From Candidatus Woesearchaeota archaeon (GTDB lineage: Archaea; Nanobdellota; Nanobdellia; Woesearchaeales; JAHWIC01), in assembly GCA_019322485.1 (NCBI GenBank), contig JAHWIK010000027.1, positions 9,871-73,870 on the forward strand: a stretch of 64,000 bases of DNA, written 5' to 3'. The notes beneath the pieces were generated by a model. That model did not search any database, was not told the origin of the DNA, and worked only from the letters and a program-made list of their open reading frames with translations. Numbering within the stretch: the first letter of the stretch is position 1; every line of letters begins with the position of its first letter. The position numbers and the translations under genes are program-made. Positions 1 through 6,819 of the stretch are shown here, piece after piece.

Positions 1-1236
1 GTTAAAGCTGAATATGGCGGCTCAACAGTAGACAGCACAACTACCGATGGAACAGGGGCATATACATTAAGTGTAGTTGATAGCCAGACTTATGATGTAA
101 TTGCTTCAGAAACCGGATTTATCTCTGAAACCAAGCAGATTACAATGAGTGGAAATGGTGTGCTTGATTTTAACCTGACATCTGCACCAACAGACGGAAT
201 TGTTGAAGGATATGTCTTGAATTCAACCAGTGGTGCTGTTTTACCTGGCGCTACTATCAGGCTTATGTTTGGCGGCGGAACAGTTGACTCAGATACATCT
301 GATGGGACTGGATATTATTCAATAACTGCAGTTGGTGGAACATATGATATGGAAGCCTCATTAACTGGCTATAATTCTGATACTGAGAATGGCGTTGTAA
401 TCACAAATGGAGATACAACAGCTGTTAACTTTAGCTTAATAGAATCACCATCCTGCACAGATAGTGATGGAGACGGCTATTCAGTTGAGGGAGGCTTATG
501 CGGAGCAATAGACTGTGATGACAGCAACCCTTCTGCTTATCCTGGAGCAGCTGAGACGTGCAACGGAGTAAATGATGATTGTGATGGTTATGTTGATGAA
601 GGATGCAGCACTGGCGGCAATGGAGGTGATAGTGGCGATGATGACGATGATGATGGAAGCAACTATAGAAGAAGAACATCCAGCAGCCGTAATGGTTTCT
701 ACCAGGTTCCAGTAGACTATACTGCAGAATTCGATGAAAACGGAGAGATAGAGTATTTACTTCATAGGATAAGTAGATTAATATTTGAAATTGAGGATGA
801 AGAGCATGTTTTAGAAGTAGGCAATGTATATGTTGACAAGGTTACTTTGATGATTAGTTCAACTCCAATCTCATTTACCCTTGCTGCAGGAGAGACAAAG
901 GAATTTGACTTGACTGGTGACGGGGTGGAAGATGTAGCAGTTACTCTTATAGAGCGTATTTATTCAAGGATTAAGGTTAGACTAAAGCTTCTTGAACAAC
1001 CAGTCCAGCAACAGCAGTTTACAATAATAACACCTGCAGGGCAAGGAGAAACAGAGGGGCAAGGGGTCAACGTAGGGGTAATAACAACAGCTGCTGCAAC
1101 AATAGTTAGAGGAAACTTTGCTTCAGATTTAATCAAAGCAGCAAAGGGCGGCTTATTCCTGACCTTTGGTATTGTTTTAAGCGGCTTGGCTGTCTATTTT
1201 GCTTTCTTCAGGTCTAAGGTGCTTGCGGGATATTAA
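1..1236 (+). CDS. Cell-surface protein, 5'-truncated at window edge (CarboxypepD_reg-like beta-sandwich repeats, MopE-like Cys motif, poly-Asp linker, C-terminal TM anchor)
   Basis: Frame 1 is open from nt 1 (VKAEYGGSTVDSTTTDGTGAYTLSVVDSQTYDVIASETGF...), so the Met at 145 in the ORF track is internal and the gene starts upstream of the window. Repeats of the pattern TDG-TG-YY/YT...G-TYD-..AS-TG(Y/F) resemble carboxypeptidase-regulatory-like domains. DCDDSNPSAYPGAAETCNGVNDDCDGYVDEG resembles the MopE-type Cys motif. There is a poly-D stretch, and the C-terminal helix is LFLTFGIVLSGLAVYFAFF. Confidence 0.8.
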   Translation, partial: VKAEYGGSTVDSTTTDGTGAYTLSVVDSQTYDVIASETGFISETKQITMSGNGVLDFNLTSAPTDGIVEGYVLNSTSGAVLPGATIRLMFGGGTVDSDTSDGTGYYSITAVGGTYDMEASLTGYNSDTENGVVITNGDTTAVNFSLIESPSCTDSDGDGYSVEGGLCGAIDCDDSNPSAYPGAAETCNGVNDDCDGYVDEGCSTGGNGGDSGDDDDDDGSNYRRRTSSSRNGFYQVPVDYTAEFDENGEIEYLLHRISRLIFEIEDEEHVLEVGNVYVDKVTLMISSTPISFTLAAGETKEFDLTGDGVEDVAVTLIERIYSRIKVRLKLLEQPVQQQQFTIITPAGQGETEGQGVNVGVITTAAATIVRGNFASDLIKAAKGGLFLTFGIVLSGLAVYFAFFRSKVLAGY

Positions 1237-2491
1237 TCTTAATATCCACATTTAAATTTTTGATTTCTTTTTCAAGGCTTGACTTTAATTTGCTGATGTC
1301 TATCTTTTCAAGCTCCTGTTTTGAGTAGGCTATATCTTTATTTTTTGTTTCTATATCTGACTTTATTTTCTCTATCTTTTTGTTTGACTCCATTAATTTT
1401 TCTTCAGCCTTGTTGTTGTGCAGCTGGTTATTTATTTCATCAAATTTATTTTTTAGCTCAGCATATTTATCCAAGAAACTAATGAAGAAATCTTTGCTGA
1501 GTTCTCTTATTTCAGCAATTGTTTTATCTTTCTTTTTATCCTTGAGATCAAGTTTATCATTCCTGGCATTGTGTTCGAGTTTGTTTAGAATGCCAATAAT
1601 CCTCAATTCATTATCCTGTTCCAAGGCTGCTACTGGATTTTGTATGTAGCTCTCAATAAGCTTTTCATCTTCAAAAGCAATGCGCTGGAATTTTTTTAAT
1701 GCTCTCTCTAAAACAGCAAATGAATGAAGGAGTTGTTTTTTATGTTCTTCCAGATTTGCGGCTGCTTTCTCCTTTTCATTTTTTAATTTTTCGTAATCCA
1801 GAAATTCATTACTTTCTTTGAATTTTTTTATTTCTGCCTCACTTTCATCCTTTGAGTTTTTTAGGTCTTCAATATTCTTTTGAGCTTGTTTTACTTCAGA
1901 GTCATATTGTTTTTTTTGAGCAATTGTTCTCACTAAATGCTCGATGGCTTCTTTTATCTTTTCAACCCGGTCCAAACCAGCAGTTTTTATTGTTTCCCTA
2001 AGCTCTTTCATATGCTTGTCAAGGTTCTTGATGTTAAGCGCTACTTCTCTTGATTCGTTCCCGAAGAATTCCTGCAGGATATGATACGGCCTTGCAGTTG
2101 ATTTTCCAAAGCTCTGCAGTTCTTTATCAAAACTTGTGCAGTGGGAAAGAATCTCTTTGGGGCTGTTTGGCAATACTATCCTATCAACAAAGATATTAAC
2201 CCTCCTGGTATAAGCCTCGCGGTTGCCTTGCATAAATTGTTTCTCCCTTAAGGTTATGTTTGGATTTCTTAATTCTGCTGAAGCCAATTTTTTTAGGTTG
2301 TCTTTTGTTGATTCTATTTCCTGTTTTATCTTATTTTTTATCAGATTGAGCTTATCGTTCAATTCGCTGGAGATAGATTCAGATTTATTATAGACCCAGT
2401 TTGGAAGTTCATTTATTGATACTGTTTCTGGTTTTATTTCTTCTTTTGTTTCTTCCTTGAATATGCTTTTAATAAAGTCTAAAAATCCCAT
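1214..2491 (-). CDS. Coiled-coil protein, function unknown
   Basis: 425-aa ORF with an ATG start (cat at 2489-2491). K/E/L/N-rich with heptad-like periodicity throughout (e.g. KLNLIKNKIKQEIESTKDNLKKL) and no TM segment. It converges on the upstream gene and overlaps its 3' end by 23 nt. No family recognised. Confidence 0.7.
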   Translation of the reverse strand: MGFLDFIKSIFKEETKEEIKPETVSINELPNWVYNKSESISSELNDKLNLIKNKIKQEIESTKDNLKKLASAELRNPNITLREKQFMQGNREAYTRRVNIFVDRIVLPNSPKEILSHCTSFDKELQSFGKSTARPYHILQEFFGNESREVALNIKNLDKHMKELRETIKTAGLDRVEKIKEAIEHLVRTIAQKKQYDSEVKQAQKNIEDLKNSKDESEAEIKKFKESNEFLDYEKLKNEKEKAAANLEEHKKQLLHSFAVLERALKKFQRIAFEDEKLIESYIQNPVAALEQDNELRIIGILNKLEHNARNDKLDLKDKKKDKTIAEIRELSKDFFISFLDKYAELKNKFDEINNQLHNNKAEEKLMESNKKIEKIKSDIETKNKDIAYSKQELEKIDISKLKSSLEKEIKNLNVDIKINIPQAP

Positions 2492-2548
2492 TTTAATTGG
2501 AAATTAGAAAAAGACATAGTTTTAATACTTTTGTATGCTGTTTTCAAT

Positions 2549-2590
2549 CTAGTAGCAGAATAATGCATTATTACTAATGTCTGCTACTAG
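2549..2590. promoter_or_regulatory. Perfect 11-bp inverted repeat (CTAGTAGCAGA / TCTGCTACTAG) enclosing palindrome ATAATGCATTAT, in a divergent intergenic region
   Basis: Read directly: 2549-2559 and 2580-2590 are exact reverse complements, and 2560-2571 is self-complementary. The site lies between the starts of the coiled-coil gene (2491, -) and rnp4 (2641, +). Confidence 0.6.
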
Positions 2591-2640
2591 AAATTGAAAA
2601 GGTTATTAAAGATTTGTAATTTAAGTATATTATAATTAAA

Positions 2641-2967
2641 ATGAAGAAGAAATATATTAAACAATTAAAATCGCAGAAAAAAATAGCTAAAGAAAGGATT
2701 GCTATATTATTTGAGCAAGCTGAGAAGGCTTTCAAGAAAGAACCAAAGCTGTCAAACAGGTATATTAAGCTAGCAAGAACAATAGGGATGAAGTGCAAGG
2801 TTAGGATTCCTACTAAGCTAAAAAGAAGATTCTGCAAACATTGTTATTGTTACCTTGTTCCTGGAAAAAACTGCAGGGTTAGGACTCATGAAGGCAAGGT
2901 TGTTTATTACTGCTCTAATTGCAAGAAATATATGAGATTTCCCTATGTTGAAAAAAAGAGGGGATAA
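2641..2967 (+). CDS. rnp4: RNase P protein component 4 (Rpp21/Rpr2 family)
   Basis: 108-aa basic protein. An N-terminal helical part IAKERIAILFEQAEKAFKKEPKLSNRYIKLARTIGMKCKVRIP is followed by the zinc ribbon RRFCKHCYCYLVPGKNCRVRTHEGKVVYYCSNCKKYMRFPY (CxxC...CxxC). Motif order and spacing match archaeal Rpp21 as I remember it. Confidence 0.9.
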   Translation: MKKKYIKQLKSQKKIAKERIAILFEQAEKAFKKEPKLSNRYIKLARTIGMKCKVRIPTKLKRRFCKHCYCYLVPGKNCRVRTHEGKVVYYCSNCKKYMRFPYVEKKRG

Positions 2968-3004
2968 ATGTCAATATACTAATTTGTATATTAGTATCCT
3001 AAAA

Positions 3005-3019
3005 CGAAAGATTTAAATA
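3005..3019 (+). promoter_or_regulatory. BRE/TATA-like promoter element (CGAAAGATTTAAATA)
   Basis: Matches the CGAAAG-N-TTTA(T/A)ATA pattern that recurs before several genes in this window. It lies 34 nt upstream of the ATG at 3053, with a GAGGT ribosome-binding site in between. Confidence 0.55.
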
Positions 3020-3052
3020 GGGGTTATACAAGAGACTATTAAGAGGTTCGGA

Positions 3053-5656
3053 ATGAAAAAAGAGATGTTTATAGTGTTGATAGTCAGCTTTTCCTTATTA
3101 ATCCCTCTTATTTTTGCTGAGGTGGAAACACCAATAGGGCAATTTGTGGTTGGTAATGACCCGCCGCCAACACCATATGCTTGGACTCCAACAACTACTC
3201 ATGATAAAAACCAGAATTTCTCATGGACACAAGATCCTGATGGTAACGGTGATCCAATCCAAACCTATGTTTGTGTTACAAATGATACTGACACAGATGA
3301 TTGTTCTGTTGTGGATACCCTCAACAGCAATGATGTGTTTTGGTATGCTTTTGACCAAAGCGAGCAAAACTGGGATTATGCATGGGGGTCAGCCTCAAGG
3401 AATTATTATGTTAAATTAACTCCATACGATGGAAATGGTAATGGAACAGCAAATGATACAATCTCATTCACACTAACAGATGCTATTCCAACAATATCCG
3501 GCCAGACATCTGATGCAAGCAATGATGGTGACAAGGATGTTGGAGAAACAATTTCATTCTCAATGACTTCACATTCTGACACAGATGCAACTGATAATCA
3601 TTCAGTAAGGGTTTGCCAAACAGACTCAATCAACACAAGCGGCGAGTGCCCTGGCGGGGAGTATTGTAACGAGTATGGGGGCATATATAGTGATGATGCA
3701 AGTTTAGGTTGTAATTATGTTGCGCAGCAGTCAGATGGAACCAGCAATACAGCATATTTCTTTGTATGCGACTGTCCTCCAAATGATAATGACTGCCCAG
3801 GACAGTGTTCCTCAAGCTACAGCCATACATTCTATGTGAACCATGCTCCTTCAGCAAGCTCAGTTGATATAACTCCGAATAATCCAACATCTGCACAAAC
3901 ATTAACCTGCGGTTATAGTTTCTCTGATGCAACAGATGGCGACTCAGAAGGAACATCAACATTCAAATGGTATAACTGGAGTGGAAGTGTATGGATAGAA
4001 ACTGCATATACAGCTTCAACTTTGGCAGATTCTAATATCCACAAAGGAGAGACCTGGATGTGTGAGGTAACCCCTGTTGATGAACACAGCTTTGCCGGTG
4101 CACCAGTTAATTCAACAAATGAAACCATAGGAAATACAGCTCCTGACCAACCAACCACATTCAGGGCACAAGACGGAGCAGCAAGCTATGACAATACAGA
4201 CCCATGGGATACGCATGATGTAACCCCTTACATAGACTGGTCAACATCTGATAATGATGGGGATACTGTTACCACATATGTATGCATTGCAACAAGTGCT
4301 GCAAACAGAGATGCTGAAAATTGTGATGCAAGTTATACTGAGACTGTAACTGATTCTGTTGCTTCTGTTTCTGGTTTAGCTTATTCAGGAACAAGCAGAG
4401 TTTATCACATCAGATTAACTCCAGGTGATGGAACTGAGAATGGAACTGCTTTGGATACTAATATTACTCTAATCAATAACATTCCAAGCGCACCATCTGG
4501 TTTAAGCCCTATATCAACCCATGACCAAACACCAACACTAAGCTGGACTGCAACTGATGCAGATGACGGCAGTGTAGATGGCTGGCCAGCAGATAGCTTG
4601 ACTTATTATATAAGGGTTGGAACCAGTTATGGAGACGGCAGTTATGAAAATAACAATAATGCAAATAAGGATGGAGAGGTTGTTGACAGTGCAATTCCAT
4701 GGGGTGCTCCTGGAGAGGTATGGGCAAATAATACTGTTTATGTGATGACCTGGACCTCAGACGGCAATGGGCCTAATTCAACTTCTTATAATACAACATT
4801 CGTATTATATGATTATCTTCCAAATATAACAAATGTTGAAATGACTGATGCTGGTTCATCGTATTCAAGCTGTACATCTGCAAGCTGTGCTTTAAATCCT
4901 ATTGAGCATTCTAATGCGAGTGTTGCTGCAAGGGTCACCACAATAGATACTGATAATGATTGTGATGTGGCTGGCAGTAATACCTATCTCTACCTATGCC
5001 TTGACACTGGTTCTTGCAGCCCTTCAACAGGCGATTACAGCTGGGAGGTTGATTCTGTATCAAGGTCTGGTTCAACCTGCACATATATATTTACTTCAAA
5101 CAAAACAGCTGCAGACAACACACCAGAGTTTTTCAGACTTCCAGATTCAGGCTATAAGCTGTATGTAAATGCAACAAGCCAGGGAGGACAAAGAACAACT
5201 GACGCAGAAAGAACTGCAGATTGGACCTATGGAACTGTTAAAGCAGTAGATTATCCATCATTAGTCACTCTTGGAGACGGCACCCCCACTTTAGGGCAGT
5301 GGAATGATGGCACCAGCTTAGCAACAATGACTAACTGGGGAAATGATATTCTAAACCTAGTCTGGAATGCAACAGACCCGATCTCTGGTTCAGATGACTG
5401 GCCTTTGAACGGCACAGACTTCCAGATTGATGATGATAACTCATATTCAAGTGAAGCAGGAGGAGAGATTGCCCCTGTATTCCTAAACGGCACCCAAAGG
5501 ACCTTTGAGCCTGCATCAGGACTGCAGGTTTGCAGTGCATATGACTGCAATGATGCAGCATTAAACGAAACTTTAAGTACTTATTATCATATATTCCCTC
5601 CATTAGGGCTGACAGCAGGAACCTATAACACTACAATACTAATAACAATTTCATAA
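3053..5656 (+). CDS. Secreted Thr/Asp/Asn-rich repeat protein (surface glycoprotein candidate)
   Basis: Signal peptide MKKEMFIVLIVSFSLLIPLIFA. Internal repeats end in ...YYVKLTPYDGNGNGTANDTISFTL / ...YHIRLTPGDGTENGTALDTNITL. One ~100-aa unit (VDITPNNPTSAQTLTCGYSF...FKWYNW...GETWMCEVTPVDE) recurs twice in the giant at 6816 (about 10950-11530). Many N-x-S/T sequons and no C-terminal TM. Confidence 0.75.
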   Translation: MKKEMFIVLIVSFSLLIPLIFAEVETPIGQFVVGNDPPPTPYAWTPTTTHDKNQNFSWTQDPDGNGDPIQTYVCVTNDTDTDDCSVVDTLNSNDVFWYAFDQSEQNWDYAWGSASRNYYVKLTPYDGNGNGTANDTISFTLTDAIPTISGQTSDASNDGDKDVGETISFSMTSHSDTDATDNHSVRVCQTDSINTSGECPGGEYCNEYGGIYSDDASLGCNYVAQQSDGTSNTAYFFVCDCPPNDNDCPGQCSSSYSHTFYVNHAPSASSVDITPNNPTSAQTLTCGYSFSDATDGDSEGTSTFKWYNWSGSVWIETAYTASTLADSNIHKGETWMCEVTPVDEHSFAGAPVNSTNETIGNTAPDQPTTFRAQDGAASYDNTDPWDTHDVTPYIDWSTSDNDGDTVTTYVCIATSAANRDAENCDASYTETVTDSVASVSGLAYSGTSRVYHIRLTPGDGTENGTALDTNITLINNIPSAPSGLSPISTHDQTPTLSWTATDADDGSVDGWPADSLTYYIRVGTSYGDGSYENNNNANKDGEVVDSAIPWGAPGEVWANNTVYVMTWTSDGNGPNSTSYNTTFVLYDYLPNITNVEMTDAGSSYSSCTSASCALNPIEHSNASVAARVTTIDTDNDCDVAGSNTYLYLCLDTGSCSPSTGDYSWEVDSVSRSGSTCTYIFTSNKTAADNTPEFFRLPDSGYKLYVNATSQGGQRTTDAERTADWTYGTVKAVDYPSLVTLGDGTPTLGQWNDGTSLATMTNWGNDILNLVWNATDPISGSDDWPLNGTDFQIDDDNSYSSEAGGEIAPVFLNGTQRTFEPASGLQVCSAYDCNDAALNETLSTYYHIFPPLGLTAGTYNTTILITIS

Positions 5657-5657
5657 A

Positions 5658-6218
5658 ATGAGAAAAATAATATTATTAATGCTTGGAATGTTGATTATAT
5701 CACAAATAGCTTATGCAGGAGTTACAAATCCTCTGCCAACTGAATTAAATCTCTTTAAAGGAGAAAGCGGGAGATTTAAGTTTCAAATCCAGACAGTAGC
5801 AAGCAACAGGGAAGTGGAATGCAATTACAGGTTAGCTAAAGAATCTCCTTTGGTAGTAGAATTTGACCCAGCTGGAATAACTGTGCCGGCAGGCACTGTG
5901 AGAGAGGTTCGCGGTACTGTTAGTGTTCCTGAAGAAGTAGATTTTGGAACTTATGAGGAGAAATTCTGTATTTCCTGCAGACCAACTGCAGGCCAAACAG
6001 GCACATCAGTTGCAATAGATACCTGCGACCTGCCAATAAAGGTTAATGTTGTTTCTGAAAGAGCAAGAGATAATATGTTCGTTGCTCCAAAACCAAGTGT
6101 ATTTCCTTGGCAAGCAGCAGTAATGGTATTATTAGTGCTAGCGGTTATTATAGCGCTAGTCGTTGTTTACGTGTTTGGAAAAAGACGTCTATTAAGAAAG
6201 CTTGAAAAGAAACGCTAA
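5658..6218 (+). CDS. Small membrane-anchored beta-sandwich protein
   Basis: ATG lies 2 nt after the upstream stop. Signal peptide MRKIILLMLGMLIISQIAYA, a ~120-aa body, a C-terminal TM AAVMVLLVLAVIIALVVVYVF and a basic tail GKRRLLRKLEKKR. Confidence 0.7.
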   Translation: MRKIILLMLGMLIISQIAYAGVTNPLPTELNLFKGESGRFKFQIQTVASNREVECNYRLAKESPLVVEFDPAGITVPAGTVREVRGTVSVPEEVDFGTYEEKFCISCRPTAGQTGTSVAIDTCDLPIKVNVVSERARDNMFVAPKPSVFPWQAAVMVLLVLAVIIALVVVYVFGKRRLLRKLEKKR

Positions 6219-6333
6219 GATTTTTCTTTGGATTAATTATTCTTAAAATTAAGAACAACAATAGAAATAAAAAAATAAACAGGGATCAAAGATTCCTTAG
6301 TTGCGCTCGTTCCACTCGGCAACAATCTGAAAA

Positions 6334-6456
6334 TTCCTCTTTACCTTATGCTAAAGGAATTTTCATCCGCTTACCTTCCTTTAAGCTAGGGAAAAAAAGG
6401 AACTAAAGCGGATGATTTTTGCTTTAAGGGATGGAAGAAGGCAAAAATCAGATTTT
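6334..6456 (-). repeat. Three-hairpin intergenic element, copy A (inverted orientation)
   Basis: The reverse complement reads TGATTTTTGC(C)...GCAAAAATCA / CATCCGC..TTCCTTT...AAAGGAA..GCGGATG / GAAAATTCCT...AGGAATTTTC, bounded by AATCTGA...TCAGATT. This is the same order of stems as copies C and D. The flanking ATATCAAAAATAAAAAATCTG matches the ATATCAATAAAAA(N)AAATCTG flank of C and D. Confidence 0.8.
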
Positions 6457-6570
6457 TTATTTTTGATATTGATTATCTTCTAATGATTTTTCTTAATACT
6501 GATTTCTTTTTATTGATCCTTAATTTTGATTTTGACAAATTGATTTCTAATATTTTAGACTCTAGATTTC

Positions 6571-6585
6571 CGAAAGCTTTATATA
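6571..6585 (+). promoter_or_regulatory. BRE/TATA-like promoter element (CGAAAGCTTTATATA)
   Basis: Same consensus as the other promoters in the window, 67 nt upstream of the RHH gene start at 6652. Confidence 0.55.
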
Positions 6586-6611
6586 GTAATTTGTATACTG
6601 ATGTACATATC

Positions 6612-6652
6612 TGTAACAAATCATATTATATTTGTTACAAATTTGTAACAAA
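6612..6652. promoter_or_regulatory. Operator-like triple half-site: TGTAACAAA (6612-6620), TTTGTTACA (6631-6639), TGTAACAAA (6644-6652); 6631-6652 is a perfect 22-bp palindrome
   Basis: Read directly. TTTGTTACAAA|TTTGTAACAAA is self-complementary. The last half-site abuts the ATG (6652) of the RHH gene, and the whole site lies downstream of the TATA box. Confidence 0.65.
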
Positions 6653-6819
6653 TGGCTAAGAGAGTATCAATTTCACTTGATAGAGAACAGATTGAGTTAC
6701 TTAGTTCTGTGAAGGGTTTTGGCAGCAAAGATGCTGAGAAAGTAAAGAACATACTTATGGCATATCTATCTGAGAAGGGCTACTTAGAGGAATTCAATAA
6801 GAAAAAGGTGCGTAGATGA
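6652..6819 (+). CDS. Ribbon-helix-helix (CopG/MetJ-like) DNA-binding protein, 55 aa (not in the ORF track)
   Basis: Hand translation: MAKRVSISLDREQIELLSSVKGFGSKDAEKVKNILMAYLSEKGYLEEFNKKKVRR*. It has the N-terminal beta-strand pattern (RVSISLD) followed by two helices, typical of RHH proteins. The stop TGA (6817-6819) overlaps the ATG (6816-6818) of the 1977-aa gene. Confidence 0.7.
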   Translation: MAKRVSISLDREQIELLSSVKGFGSKDAEKVKNILMAYLSEKGYLEEFNKKKVRR

